Source: Aeropyrum pernix K1 (GTDB taxonomy: Archaea > Thermoproteota > Thermoprotei_A > Sulfolobales > Acidilobaceae). Taken from it: a stretch of DNA of 32,000 nt. Under the pieces are notes generated by a model, which had not been told where the DNA came from, did not search any database, and worked only from the letters and a program-made list of their open reading frames with translations. This document shows, piece by piece, positions 1 to 10,143 of the stretch. The first letter of the stretch is position 1. Every line of letters begins with the position of its first letter. The DNA is taken from positions 270,001 to 302,000 of the forward strand of contig NC_000854.2 of NCBI RefSeq assembly GCF_000011125.1. Reading direction: 5' to 3'. Made by a program: the position numbers and the translations under genes.

Positions 1-2
1 GA

Positions 3-458
3 GTACTGGCGGCGCTGAAAATACCCGTCATACAAGGGGCTTCATACTACCTGGGGGAGGCTACACCCCTTGTCTATAGCCTCGGCTACGCCCTAGGTGT
101 TACACTAGCCTCGACCTCGGCCTCAACCCTCCCGGCCTCCACAGCGGCGCTTGCTTCTACACTACTAGCAATGTATACGGGCGGCAGCCTCCCATGGCTG
201 GCCCTGTTCATTGTGGGGCTCGGCTACGGATGGGCGGTGTTCACCCTGGTTATGTACGTTCTCGATAGGGAGCCCAAGAAGGTGAGGATCGCAACAGTCT
301 CTGTGGTGGCGTGGAGCACCGCCGCCTCTCTCGCAGTGTTCGCTGTGACCTCAGTCATGGGCACGAGCCCCTACATGCCAGCCCTCGCCATACTGGTTCT
401 CGGGCTCGTGCTTTCGGCCGCCACCAGGCTGAAGAACGCCGGGGTTAGGTGGGAGTAG
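3..458 (+). CDS. Integral membrane protein, 5'-partial
   Basis: The ORF track starts it at the ATG at 171. My own translation of the same frame from position 3 (VLAALKIPVIQGASYYLGEATPLVYSLGYALGVTLAS...) has no stop, so the gene probably begins upstream of the window. The sequence is hydrophobic and helix-rich (LPWLALFIVGLGYGWAVFTLVMYVL, PALAILVLGLVLSAA). No family recognised. Confidence 0.55.
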   Translation, partial: VLAALKIPVIQGASYYLGEATPLVYSLGYALGVTLASTSASTLPASTAALASTLLAMYTGGSLPWLALFIVGLGYGWAVFTLVMYVLDREPKKVRIATVSVVAWSTAASLAVFAVTSVMGTSPYMPALAILVLGLVLSAATRLKNAGVRWE

Positions 459-464
459 GCGCGG

Positions 465-2096
465 CTACTCCACCGCTATTATCTCCCCCAGCACCTCCTC
501 CCCGGGATTGTAGACAGGCCTCCTCTGCAGTAGACTATTGTAGACTATCTCGGCCACATAATGGTATCTCTCCTCTCCAAGGACGGCCGCCATGTTCTCG
601 AGTATTACTGTGGAGGAGGCGTGCCCCAGATCCTCCAAGGCGTATTTAGCATTGAACTCCGCCTGGCTCGGGCTCATAGACGCCAGTCTCCTAACCGTCT
701 CCTCCGCGGCCTCCACAGCCTTGGAGGCCAGGCCCTTATCATACGCATCCCCAGCCAGAGCCCTGAGGTCCTCTAGCAGAGGCTTGTGCGCCCCCTTCTT
801 CCACATCGCCTCAAGCATGTCCAAGGCCTGTATATTGCTCGTCCCCTCCCATATCGGGGTTATCAGAGCCTCCCTATGCCACCTCTCCACAGCATACTCT
901 CTCAGGAACCCTATACCGCCGAAGAGCTCCATAGCCAGCATAGTAACCCTTGCAGCCGCCTGCGCCGTCATATTCTTTGCAATGTGCGTCATGAGCCTGG
1001 CATAGTGGTATGTCATGCTGTACGGCGGCCTGTCTCCCGTAGACTTCTCGAAGAGGTCTACAGCCTTGTGGGTGAGAGCCAGAGACTCCTCTATAAGAAC
1101 CTCCATCTCCAGGAGATCCCTTCTCACTAGGGGATGCTCTATTATTCTCTTCCCGAACGCCCGCCTATGCTTCGCGTAGTTATAGGCCTCCAGGTAAGCC
1201 TTCCTAGCTATCCCCACTGCGCCCGCTGAGTTGGCTATCCTGGATATCATCAGGTCCTCGAGGGTGTAGTAGATACCCTTGTCAGCGTCGCCGATAAGAT
1301 AGGCCTCGGAATCCTGGAGCTCCACCTCCCCGGTGGGCACAGCTATGGTCCCGCTCTTGTCCTTGAGCCTCCTCACACTATAGTTCAGCCCGCCGCCCCT
1401 CCTATAGCGGGGAACCGCGAATAGTGAGAGCCCCTTCGCGCCAGCCGGAGCACCCTCGGGCCTCGCCGTGACTAGGGCGATATCAGCCAGGCCTGCGCCG
1501 CTGGCGAAGTACTTGTAGCCCGTGAGCAGCCACACGCCGTCGCCCGCCTTCCTCGCAACAGTTTCGTTGGCACCTAGATCGCTTCCCCCCTGTATCTCGG
1601 TGAACCACGTGGCCCCTATCATCGGAGGCCTGTCCAGCCCTGCCAGCCTTCTATAGTAGTGCTTCAACTCCTCGCCGCCGTACTTCCAGAGGGCGTAGGC
1701 TGTCTGCATCGTTATAGTTAGTATGCACCCGACTCCGGGGTCGCCGACGAGATTTATACCGGCGAAGTGCTCGTGCCAGCTTCCGCCGACGTATGGGTGC
1801 CTGTTGACGCCATATTCGTACATAAGCCTGTCAACAGCCCTACGCAGTGCAGGATCGACCAGCACGGTGTCGCTTCTCTCACCCCTCACGGACCACATAA
1901 CATGGACGGGCCAGCTCAGCCTATCAACCCTGTAAGCCACCTCATAAAGCTCCGTGCCAACATACTCGCCAAGACCCGCCAGATCCGGCTCCTTCGATGT
2001 GAAGTACCTGAGCGTGTCCCTCAACGGCTTGTCAACAAGGTAATGGTTCAAACCGTAGGCCATAGAAACTTCTCCGAAAGCAGGCTCCAGAGGCAA
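465..2096 (-). CDS. Acyl-CoA dehydrogenase family protein, AidB-like (long form)
   Basis: 543-aa ORF. TEIQGGSDLGAN...YKYFASGAG...RRLKDKSGT..PTGEVELQD parallels the E. coli AidB core (TEKQGGSD..HKWFFS..ERLKDKLGN..EVEFQD, from memory). C-terminal ACAD signature EALITPIWEGTSNIQALD. The codon at 2096 is TTG; the ATG at 2063 (MAYGLNHY) lies downstream of a TATA-like cctataga (2109-2118, minus) and is the more likely start. Confidence 0.9.
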   Translation of the reverse strand: MPLEPAFGEVSMAYGLNHYLVDKPLRDTLRYFTSKEPDLAGLGEYVGTELYEVAYRVDRLSWPVHVMWSVRGERSDTVLVDPALRRAVDRLMYEYGVNRHPYVGGSWHEHFAGINLVGDPGVGCILTITMQTAYALWKYGGEELKHYYRRLAGLDRPPMIGATWFTEIQGGSDLGANETVARKAGDGVWLLTGYKYFASGAGLADIALVTARPEGAPAGAKGLSLFAVPRYRRGGGLNYSVRRLKDKSGTIAVPTGEVELQDSEAYLIGDADKGIYYTLEDLMISRIANSAGAVGIARKAYLEAYNYAKHRRAFGKRIIEHPLVRRDLLEMEVLIEESLALTHKAVDLFEKSTGDRPPYSMTYHYARLMTHIAKNMTAQAAARVTMLAMELFGGIGFLREYAVERWHREALITPIWEGTSNIQALDMLEAMWKKGAHKPLLEDLRALAGDAYDKGLASKAVEAAEETVRRLASMSPSQAEFNAKYALEDLGHASSTVILENMAAVLGEERYHYVAEIVYNSLLQRRPVYNPGEEVLGEIIAVE

Positions 2097-2276
2097 GAGA
2101 GCCGCACCAATCTATAGGATTGAGAGAGGGGACGCATAACAGTGAGCATCCAAGGAGGCGGGTTAGAGTGTGGGTGAAGCGGGCTGTAACCAAGGGATCT
2201 GCCCATACAAAGTGGAGCCTTGGCTAGAGTATGAAGGACAATGGTAATACGTGCTGTATTGGGGTTTCCGCCTGGT

Positions 2277-2759
2277 CTAGTGTAGCTCCCTATACACTTC
2301 TATCTGGAACTCTCTGAAGCCCAGCTGGCTGTAGAACCTTTTAGCCACGTAGTTTGTGATTGGGTAGAGGGCAGACATCATACCTGCACCTCTCCTTCTA
2401 GCCTCTTCCGCCGCCTTCTGGGTGAGGAGCTGTCCTATAGCCCTTCTTCTGTACCTTGGTTTCACGTAGATGTCTGTTATCACGGCTTTGATGCGGGGTT
2501 TGTAAAACCTCCTGTCTACAAGCTCCACCCTGATGAAGCCCGCTAAACCTTCTCCATGCTGAGCCACTATTATGAAGCTCTTGTCGTCCGATAGAGTCTC
2601 TCTAAAGTACCTCTCGGCCTCTGCCCTGATATCTTCCACAGTTTTGAAGAGGGGGTTCAACTCCTCGTTGAAGATCTTCTGCCTTACAATCATGTCTACA
2701 ATCTCAGCCTCGTCACTCTCAACAGCATGCCTCAGCACGACATCCCTACCTACAGCCAC
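2277..2759 (-). CDS. GNAT-family N-acetyltransferase
   Basis: 160 aa. Acetyl-CoA binding motif A (YVKPRYRRRAIGQLLTQKAAEEARRRGAG) and a C-terminal RFYSQLGF motif typical of GNAT. Confidence 0.85.
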   Translation of the reverse strand: MAVGRDVVLRHAVESDEAEIVDMIVRQKIFNEELNPLFKTVEDIRAEAERYFRETLSDDKSFIIVAQHGEGLAGFIRVELVDRRFYKPRIKAVITDIYVKPRYRRRAIGQLLTQKAAEEARRRGAGMMSALYPITNYVAKRFYSQLGFREFQIEVYRELH

Positions 2760-2765
2760 CCCACA

Positions 2766-3245
2766 TCACACCTCCTTTATCATAGTGTACATGAAGCTCC
2801 TGAAACCCAGCCTCTCATAAAACCTGTGTGCTATGGCGTTCTGGGCCGGGAATTCCCCGGCAACGGCTCGGGCGCCCAGCCTCCTCGCCTCCTCGGAGAA
2901 CCTCTCCAGGAGGAGTGACCCGAGCCCCAGCCTCCTCGCCTGGGGCTTCACATATATCTCCTTAACCACGGCCATCCTGCCGTTCGCCAGCAGCGGCATC
3001 TCCCTTATATAACCCCTTATATAGCCCACAACCTCCTCTGCAACCTGAGCCACAAGCACAATCTCACCGCCACCCCCCGCTACAATCTTCTCAGCCTCAG
3101 CTGCCGCAGCCTCCTTGGCGTCATCCTTCAGCGTCCAGAGCGGGTCGAACTCCTCGTTGAGCATGTAAAACCTGTATATGAGCTCGGCAAGGACCTCCTT
3201 GTCCCCCGGCCGTGGGGGCCTTACATGCACTCCCCTCTCATACAC
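2766..3245 (-). CDS. GNAT-family N-acetyltransferase (tandem paralogue of 2277..2759)
   Basis: 159 aa. YVKPQARRLGLGSLLLERFSEEARRLGA and RFYERLGF. Blocks are collinear with the neighbour (NEEFDPLW/NEELNPLF, VAQ..GYIR/VAQ..GFIR). Only 6 nt separate the two genes. Confidence 0.85.
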   Translation of the reverse strand: MYERGVHVRPPRPGDKEVLAELIYRFYMLNEEFDPLWTLKDDAKEAAAAEAEKIVAGGGGEIVLVAQVAEEVVGYIRGYIREMPLLANGRMAVVKEIYVKPQARRLGLGSLLLERFSEEARRLGARAVAGEFPAQNAIAHRFYERLGFRSFMYTMIKEV

Positions 3246-3268
3246 TCCTCCACACCCCCAAACTAAAG

Positions 3269-4609
3269 CTACACAAGCCTCTCTATCAGGCCCGCCGAGA
3301 GAAGGGCGCCGTACTTCCTCCTAGTCGTCTCTATTATAGCCCTAGCGTTCTCAAGCTCCTCAGCGTAGGTCCTCGGCTTCCTGGCAACCTTCTCCCTACT
3401 GGCAGCCCATGCGACGGCGGCCGCAACCCTGTAGTGGACCTGCCAGTCTGTTATGGGGGGGAGTATCCTATCCTCCTCGATTCCTATCTCCTCCTCAGTA
3501 TACCTAGCTATCTCCTCCGCCGCCGCTATAGCCATCCCATCAGTTATGGCCCGCGATCTCACGTCGAGGGCTCCCCTGAAGACCCCTGGGAACACGAGGG
3601 CGTTGTTGACCTGGTTGGGCAGGTCGCTCCTGCCTGTCGCGACGACCCTAGCGCCAGCATCCCTCGCCTCCCACGGCCATATCTCGGGGGTGGGGTTTGC
3701 GAGTGCGAACACTATGGGGTCTCTGGACATGCCCCTTATCCACTCCTTCTTGACAACCCCTGGCCCGGGCCTGGAGGCGGCGACTAGGGCGTCAGCCCCC
3801 CTGAGGGCCTCTTCCAAGCTACTCCCAGGCGCTAGCCCGCCCCCCTCCGTCTCCAGGGCGATTTCATACTTGTATCTGTTAGAGAAGAGAAGCCTGTCCA
3901 TATCCTCACGCTCGGGGTGGAGGACCCCCTTGCTGTCTACTACCACTATGTTCCTCGGATTGACGCCATAAGCCTTGAGGAACCTGTAGAGGGCTATGTT
4001 AGCAGCCCCGGCGCCCAGGAGGACTATCCTCGACTCTCTGAGGTTCTTACCCACTATCTTGAACGCGTTTATCAGCCCCGCTAGGCTGGCCGCCGCGGTT
4101 CCCTGCTGGTCGTCGTGCCACACCGGTATCTCCAGCTCCATCCTGAGGAAGTCGAGGAGGTAGAAGCACTTGGGGCTCTCAATATCCTCCAAGTTGACCC
4201 CTCCGAAGCTGGGCTCCAGATCCTTGACAAGGCTTGCGAAAGCGCCCGGCTCCCGGCGCCTATGTACTATGGGCACAGCGTCCACGCCGCCGAACAGCTT
4301 GAATATCAGTGCCTTCCCCTCCATCACAGGGTACGCGGCCTCTGGCAGCAGCTTGCCCAGCCCGAGGACCCGTGTGGCGTCGGTTACTATGGCGACCATG
4401 TTCCACCTGCTGGTGAGCTCGAAGCTCTCGTCCGGGTCCTTGTTTATCCTGATGCTCGCCTCCGCCACTCCTGGTGTGTACCATATTGCAAAGTCCTCAA
4501 CACCCGATACAGGAACCTTCGGCATGACCTCTATCTTGCCGCCGTACCTCCTGTATATCTCTATGATCCTCGCGCCCCCAATATCGTCGGAGCTGCTGTC
4601 TCCCGCCAT
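3269..4609 (-). CDS. NAD(P)-dependent malic enzyme (malate dehydrogenase, decarboxylating), short form
   Basis: 446 aa. Signatures: WYTPGVAE, VWHDDQQGTAAASLAGLINA, and the Rossmann motif LLGAGAANIA. Confidence 0.92.
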   Translation of the reverse strand: MAGDSSSDDIGGARIIEIYRRYGGKIEVMPKVPVSGVEDFAIWYTPGVAEASIRINKDPDESFELTSRWNMVAIVTDATRVLGLGKLLPEAAYPVMEGKALIFKLFGGVDAVPIVHRRREPGAFASLVKDLEPSFGGVNLEDIESPKCFYLLDFLRMELEIPVWHDDQQGTAAASLAGLINAFKIVGKNLRESRIVLLGAGAANIALYRFLKAYGVNPRNIVVVDSKGVLHPEREDMDRLLFSNRYKYEIALETEGGGLAPGSSLEEALRGADALVAASRPGPGVVKKEWIRGMSRDPIVFALANPTPEIWPWEARDAGARVVATGRSDLPNQVNNALVFPGVFRGALDVRSRAITDGMAIAAAEEIARYTEEEIGIEEDRILPPITDWQVHYRVAAAVAWAASREKVARKPRTYAEELENARAIIETTRRKYGALLSAGLIERLV

Positions 4610-4663
4610 AACCAGAGCTACCCAGAGGAGAGTGTGGAGTGTAGAGTATTAAAAAGGGGGTGA

Positions 4664-6343
4664 TTACTGCTGCGGCTCCTGCTCTAGTATGTTTGCGAAC
4701 TTCTCCCTCAGGCTCCTCTTGTTTATCTTACCCACGCTGGTCTTCGGAAGGTCGTCCACAAGCACAATCTTGTCTGGAAGCCACCACTTCGGTATTTCGC
4801 CCTTCTCTACGAAGTTCTTGGCGAGCCACTCCCTAACCTCCTCTGTAGTCAGCTTGTCCTGCCATCCGGGCTTCGGGACTATGATGGCGACGGGCCTCTC
4901 GCCCCACTTCGGATGCCTAGCACCTATCACCGCCACCTGCGCCACACCCGGATGCTGGCTTATGAGGCTCTCGAGCCTCAAGCTGCTTATCCACTCTCCC
5001 CCGCTCTTTATAATGTCCTTGTCCCTGTCCACGATCTGTATGTAGCCCTCCGGGGTCCAGACGGCTATGTCTCCGGTGTGGAACCAGCCTCCCCTCCAAG
5101 CCTTCTCCGTCTTCTCAGGGTCCTTGTAGTACTCTGGGGTGACCCAAGGCGTCCTCACCACTATCTCTCCCATGGTCTTCCCGTCCTTCGGCACGGGCTC
5201 CAGGGTCTCCGGGTCGGCCACCATCAGCTCCACCAGGGGGACTGGCCAGCCGGTTGTGAGGGATAGCTCCTCGCTCCTGTCCATGTACTTTTGGGGCACG
5301 TTTGCTAGAGTCAATATTGGCGCTGTCTCCGTCATGCCGTAGCCCACGATAACTTCTATGCCCCTCTTCCTAGCAGCGTCCGCCAGCCCTTTGGGGAGCG
5401 CCTGCCCCCCGTTGACGAAGAGGAGTCCTGAGAGGTCGTACTTACCGCTCTCCGGGTGGGAGAGCAGCATGTAGAGTATGGTGGGTACGCCCGCAGTGAC
5501 TGTAACCTTCTCGCCCACTATAAGGTCTAGGAGGACCTTGGGGTCTAGCCTGCCCGGGAACACCTGCTTCATCCCGGTGAGCGTCGCCATGTAGGGGAGT
5601 CCCCACGCTAGCACGTGGAACATGGGGACTATGTGGAGAAGGGTGTCATCCCCTGTAACCCTCCTCCTACCCCTAGTGGCTAGGGCTAGGGCCCCGCTGA
5701 GAGCGTGGACCACTATCATCCTATGGCTGTGGTACACGCCCTTCGGCAGCCCCGTGGTCCCGCTGGTGTAGCCCATCGCAGCCGGCCTGTTCTCGTCGAG
5801 CTCGGGCCACTCGAACCTCCCGCCGTGCTCCTTTATGAGGTCCTCATAGTTGTGTAGCCTCCTGCCTGCTATCCTGTCCGGGTGGGACTCGGCGTCCACT
5901 ATTACCACGTGCTCCACGCTGGGTGCGTGGGGGAGTATGGCCTCCGCGAGCTTCAGGAAGTCGCTGTGCACGATCAGAACCTTATCCTCAGCGTGGTTCA
6001 TTATGTAGGCTATCTCGTTGGGGGCTAGCCTCACGTTGAGAGGGTGGAGAACAGCCCCCATCATGGGGGCCGCGAAGTAGGTCTCATAGTGCCAGTGGGT
6101 GTTCCAGTCCATAGTTGCTACCCTGTCGAGCCCGGACACGCCGAGCGCCCTGAGGGCGTTGGCTAGGCTTTCAATCCTTCTCGCGGCGTCTGAGAAGGTG
6201 TATCTCTCCAGCCCCTTAGTGGTGCGGGATACTATCTCCAAGTCGCTCCACATGTAGAGGGCGTACTGGTAGATCTTGTGGATAGTGAGACTATAGCCCG
6301 GCCTCCATGGGGTCTTCTCGGGCAATGCCAAGAACTCTTTCAC
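4664..6343 (-). CDS. Medium/long-chain acyl-CoA synthetase (AMP-forming adenylating enzyme)
   Basis: 559 aa. AMP-binding motif YTSGTTGLPKGV, plus GYGMTET, WFHTGDIA and the C-terminal LPKTSVGKINKR. Confidence 0.93.
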   Translation of the reverse strand: MKEFLALPEKTPWRPGYSLTIHKIYQYALYMWSDLEIVSRTTKGLERYTFSDAARRIESLANALRALGVSGLDRVATMDWNTHWHYETYFAAPMMGAVLHPLNVRLAPNEIAYIMNHAEDKVLIVHSDFLKLAEAILPHAPSVEHVVIVDAESHPDRIAGRRLHNYEDLIKEHGGRFEWPELDENRPAAMGYTSGTTGLPKGVYHSHRMIVVHALSGALALATRGRRRVTGDDTLLHIVPMFHVLAWGLPYMATLTGMKQVFPGRLDPKVLLDLIVGEKVTVTAGVPTILYMLLSHPESGKYDLSGLLFVNGGQALPKGLADAARKRGIEVIVGYGMTETAPILTLANVPQKYMDRSEELSLTTGWPVPLVELMVADPETLEPVPKDGKTMGEIVVRTPWVTPEYYKDPEKTEKAWRGGWFHTGDIAVWTPEGYIQIVDRDKDIIKSGGEWISSLRLESLISQHPGVAQVAVIGARHPKWGERPVAIIVPKPGWQDKLTTEEVREWLAKNFVEKGEIPKWWLPDKIVLVDDLPKTSVGKINKRSLREKFANILEQEPQQ

Positions 6344-6418
6344 CGGATCATGCTATCTAGGCTTCTGATGGTTTTTAGTGTGGGAAAATGGTGTGGTATT
6401 AGCTCTATTGTCGAGCGT

Positions 6419-6835
6419 TCAGCAGCCCAGCCTCTCCAAAGCCGCCGTCAAAGATGAGTAGGCGTCTTCAAGCGTCTCAAAAACGGCTTTAACCCTGAGT
6501 ATGGGGAACCCGGGGAGGCTATCGTCGAGCTGGTACGAGAGGGGGCGGCCCAGCATGGTCATCAGCCCCAGAAGCGCCTTCATACCCTCCAGCGACTCGC
6601 CGACGGTGGATGGGTCCACGGGCAGCGGTATCGAGGCCTCAACTATCGGCCCCACCCCCGGCTCGTCCTTCACCTCAACCAACCCCCCGGCAACGTGTAT
6701 CCTCGTCACATCACCCTCCGCCTCGAACTGGCAGCCCATCTCGCTAAGGCGCCTCTGGAAGGCCCCCGACACCCCCCTACCCGCGTGCCCCGGTATACCC
6801 TCCTCACCGGGCTCTCCATGCAACACACTGCTCAC
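6419..6835 (-). CDS. Hypothetical protein
   Basis: 138-aa ORF with a GTG start that overlaps the stop of the upstream kinase gene by 4 nt. An internal ATG (MGCQFEAEGD...) is an alternative start. No motif recognised. Codon composition matches the host, which supports it being coding. Confidence 0.5.
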   Translation of the reverse strand: MSSVLHGEPGEEGIPGHAGRGVSGAFQRRLSEMGCQFEAEGDVTRIHVAGGLVEVKDEPGVGPIVEASIPLPVDPSTVGESLEGMKALLGLMTMLGRPLSYQLDDSLPGFPILRVKAVFETLEDAYSSLTAALERLGC

Positions 6836-7572
6836 CCCTCAACAATGCTCCCCTTCTCCCCCTTCAGCGCGCCCCATATGTTAGCCGGGTCGCTGCAGTC
6901 GAAAAACACTATCCTCAACCCGCTCCTCCTGGCAACGCTCAGAGCCACCATGTCCCATAGTGTGTAGGAGCCGGCCCGCTGAGAAGAGACCTTCACAAGT
7001 ATATCCTCGAGCTGCCTGTAAGTCAGCCTCCTAAGCAGCCTGGCCCCGGGGGTTGAGGGCTCGTCGCTATACACCCCCTCAACGCCTTTTAGACAGTTAA
7101 GCAGCGTCCTGGCACCCAGGGCCTCCGCAATAACAGCGGCCACCGCGTTCGTGCTCTGGCCCGGCTGGAAGCCCCCTGAGACCGGTATGAGGCCCGTCAT
7201 AAAGACTTCTAGAACCTCCCTTAGAGAGGCTAGAGGGTATGGCTGTGAGCGTGGGTAGAGCAGCTTAGCAAGCAGAGAGGCGTTGAGCCTGGAAGACTCG
7301 ATGCCCATCTCATCAAGCAAGGCCTCACTAACGCCAGCCCGCCTCAAAACGTCGATATAGCTCCTTGCCAGTCCGCCGCCCCCGACGACAACGGCAACCC
7401 TAAACCCCCCATCCACAAGGCCCCAGAGCACGTCCCTAAGCCGGGTTAGATAATCCAGGCGGGGCGGGTGCACGAGGCTCCCACTGATCTTGACGACGAC
7501 AGACTCCACCACCATAACCCCCCACGCGAGAGTGTAGGCTGAGAAGAGGAATAACGGTGAAACGCCCCCCAC
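6832..7572 (-). CDS. pyrH: Uridylate (UMP) kinase, archaeal type (amino-acid kinase fold)
   Basis: VVKISGSLV, VVVGGGGLARSYI and GFQPGQSTNAVAAVIAEALGA match the archaeal PyrH pattern. The first 19 codons look non-native; the start is probably the internal Met at about 7515 (MVVESVVVKISGS). Confidence 0.85.
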   Translation of the reverse strand: MGGVSPLFLFSAYTLAWGVMVVESVVVKISGSLVHPPRLDYLTRLRDVLWGLVDGGFRVAVVVGGGGLARSYIDVLRRAGVSEALLDEMGIESSRLNASLLAKLLYPRSQPYPLASLREVLEVFMTGLIPVSGGFQPGQSTNAVAAVIAEALGARTLLNCLKGVEGVYSDEPSTPGARLLRRLTYRQLEDILVKVSSQRAGSYTLWDMVALSVARRSGLRIVFFDCSDPANIWGALKGEKGSIVEG

Positions 7573-7738
7573 GGGTCTAAGGGGTATGGTCAGCTGTCCT
7601 GGCCTTCCCCATGCTACCCAGAGTCGGCGCTTTTAACCCTCATCACTCCCGGGGGGGTGGCCTGTCTCACCAGGGTATTACAGACTGGTACCCGGGAATT
7701 ATGGTTGGGGTGTTAATAGGTATATCGGTGAGCCTCGG

Positions 7739-7987
7739 TTGGCGCTGGAGGACCTCGTGGCGGTGTACAGCCAGGCTAAGGAGCTGGTGTGGCAGGGGGG
7801 CTTCGACGTCAGCTATTATCTCGTCGTGTTCGGTATAGCGCTGCTCTCGGTTGTCGGAGCGTTCACTCTAGGGCTGGTGGGCTACAGGCTGCTTAACGCC
7901 GCGGTAAACACTGATACGGCGGGCCTGCTGAAGATAACGTTCATACTGGCCTCGGTACTGCTTGTTGTGGGAGTGCTGCTGCCGTGA
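7739..7987 (+). CDS. Small membrane protein (two predicted TM helices)
   Basis: 82 aa with a TTG start. Hydrophobic segments YYLVVFGIALLSVVGAFTLGLVGY and ITFILASVLLVVGVLLP. Convergent with atpD. No family recognised. Confidence 0.5.
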   Translation: MALEDLVAVYSQAKELVWQGGFDVSYYLVVFGIALLSVVGAFTLGLVGYRLLNAAVNTDTAGLLKITFILASVLLVVGVLLP

Positions 7988-8015
7988 GGCAAAGGTCTGC
8001 GGGCCTTCGACCAGG

Positions 8016-8651
8016 CTACTGTGTTTTTGCCTCCATTTTCCTCTTTATAATCTTGAGCCTGACGAAGTCCTCCCTCATCCTGTCCTCGAGAACCAGTTTT
8101 ATGAACTTTATCGCGTTCTGGTAGCTCGGGAGTATAACGTAGTCGAGGGCGTTTATCAGCCTCTGGGTGTCCTTCAGCTCGCTTATGAGGCGCTGGAGGG
8201 TCTCCTCATACTCCGCTAGCTTCAGGAGCTTGTCCAGAATGCTCCTCATATCGAGGATTGACTGGACAAGCTTAGGGTCGGAGCCCGCGGGGAGTGGGAG
8301 AGGGGGCACCGTCTCCTCCCTCAGACTGAACACGGGAGTCTTCACTGCGAAGAGGGTTCTGGTGGAGACATCCACCTCGAGGCTACCCTCGGCGGGTGCT
8401 GTGAAAGCCCTAGCCCTCTCTATACCCTCAGCCGCCACGCCAAGGTAGTAGTTCTGGTATATCCTCTCCAGCTCGCTGTAAACCTCCCTCTGGTAGCGAA
8501 CGTACTCGGCCGCCATGCTGGTTATGTAGTGGAGTATAACCTCCCTCTTCTCCTCCATAACCCTTCTTATACGCCTCAGCATGGCCAGTTCTCGCCGGAG
8601 CCTGATGAGGTTTATCTTCGTCGGCAGCACTTTCCTCGGGTCTACAGCCAA
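8016..8651 (-). CDS. atpD: A1A0/V-type ATP synthase subunit D
   Basis: 211 aa. N-terminus [31 protein letters not shown] is the typical coiled-coil subunit D signature. It lies directly downstream of subunits A and B. Confidence 0.9.
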
Positions 8652-8710
8652 AGCACCTTACACCTCCCACGCTAGAGTGGATAAAGCATTTGATGCGGAG
8701 GGCAGGGCTT

Positions 8711-10111
8711 CTAGCCCGCCCTGTACTTCGGGTGGTACTTCTTTATAGTCTCCTCCTTTATGTTGACCAGCTCCTCCTCCGGCAGCACCGAGAGTATCTC
8801 CCAGGCTATGTCAAGAGTCTCCTCGATACTCCTGTTCTCCCTCTCACCCTGCTTGAGGAACCTCTGTTCGAAGAGGTCCGCGAACTTCAGGTACCGCCTG
8901 TCACGCTCGCTGAGGCTCTCCTCGCCAACCACCGCCGTGAGGCTCCTCAGCTCTACACCCCTGCTGTACGAGGCGTAGAGCTGGTTGCTTACCTCGGCGT
9001 GGTCCTCCCTGGTCTTCCCGGGGCCTATACCCTCCTTCATGAGCCTGGAGAGGCTCATGAGGACGTTTATCGGCGGGTAGATGCCCCTGTTGTGGAGCTC
9101 CCTGCTCAGCACTATCTGCCCCTCGGTTATATAGCCGGTGAGGTCTGGTATGGGGTGGGTTATGTCGTCGTTGGGCATAGTCAGTATGGGCATCTGGGTT
9201 ATGCTCCCCTTCTTCCCCTTGACCCTGCCCGCCCTCTCGTATATGCTTGCCAAGTCGCTGTAGAGGTAGCCTGGGTAGCCCTGCCTACCCGGCACCTCCT
9301 CCCTCGCAGCGCTTATCTCCCTAAGAGCCTCTGCGTAGTTGGTCATGTCTGTTATAATGACTAGCACGTGCATGTCCCTCTCGTAGGCCAGGTACTCTGC
9401 CAGTGTTAGGGCAGCCCTGGGTGTTATCAGCCTTATCATCGCCGGCTCGTCAGCGAGGTTGACGAACATGGCGACCCTCCCAAGGGCTCCCGTCTCCTCG
9501 AAGAACTTCTTGAAGAACAGGAAGTCATCGTACTTTATGCCTATTGCCGAGAAGACTACGGCGAACTCCTCCTCTTCACCCCTCACCGTGGCCTGCCTGG
9601 CAATCTGGGCCGCCAGCCTGTTGTGAGGTAGCCCCGCACCGCTGAATATGGGAAGCTTCTGCCCCCTAACCAGAGTATTCATACCATCTATAGCGCTTAC
9701 GCCAGTCTGTATGAAGTCCTCGGGGTAGGCCCTCTCAGCCGGGTTTAAGGGGGCGCCGTTGACGTCCCTCCTCTCATCAGCATCTATCTTCGGCCCCCCG
9801 TCGATAGGCTCGCCGAGGCCGTTCATTATCCTGCCCAGCATATCCTCCGTCACAGGTATCTCGAGAGGCCTCCCCATGAACCTTACCACAGTGCCCGTCG
9901 GGCTTATCCCGGTGGTGCCCTCGAAAACCTGGACCACGGCGTAGCCCATACCCACCTCGAGTACTCTACCCCTCCTCTTCTCGCCCGCGGCCGTCTCAAC
10001 CTCGACTATCTCATCGTAGGCTACCCTCGACACGCCCTCAACAACCAGGAGGGGGCCCTTAATCTCAGAAATATTCCTATACTCCCTCACGCCTAGAGCC
10101 ACGCGAACCAC
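8711..10111 (-). CDS. atpB: A1A0/V-type ATP synthase subunit B (non-catalytic)
   Basis: 466 aa. [88 protein letters not shown]. Confidence 0.97.
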   Translation of the reverse strand: MVRVALGVREYRNISEIKGPLLVVEGVSRVAYDEIVEVETAAGEKRRGRVLEVGMGYAVVQVFEGTTGISPTGTVVRFMGRPLEIPVTEDMLGRIMNGLGEPIDGGPKIDADERRDVNGAPLNPAERAYPEDFIQTGVSAIDGMNTLVRGQKLPIFSGAGLPHNRLAAQIARQATVRGEEEEFAVVFSAIGIKYDDFLFFKKFFEETGALGRVAMFVNLADEPAMIRLITPRAALTLAEYLAYERDMHVLVIITDMTNYAEALREISAAREEVPGRQGYPGYLYSDLASIYERAGRVKGKKGSITQMPILTMPNDDITHPIPDLTGYITEGQIVLSRELHNRGIYPPINVLMSLSRLMKEGIGPGKTREDHAEVSNQLYASYSRGVELRSLTAVVGEESLSERDRRYLKFADLFEQRFLKQGERENRSIEETLDIAWEILSVLPEEELVNIKEETIKKYHPKYRAG

Positions 10112-10143
10112 CCCACACCATGTCTAGAGAGCCACAGTAAAGG

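Noticed and set aside
592-1005. Long ORFs antisense to real genes throughout the GC-rich flanks. Examples: 592..1005, 3212..3787, 4115..4663, 8690..9364, 11182..11697, 12679..13179, 27448..27993, 28973..29332 and 30582..30857.
   Set aside because: Each lies entirely inside a confidently identified gene on the other strand. Their products are Pro/Arg/Ser/Gly-rich and low in complexity. They are expected from stop-codon depletion in roughly 60% GC DNA.
7611-7838. 75-aa plus-strand ORF upstream of, and overlapping, the small membrane-protein gene.
   Set aside because: It is Arg/Trp/Cys/Ser-rich and low in complexity, lies in a different frame from the more plausible 7739..7987 ORF, and has no motif.
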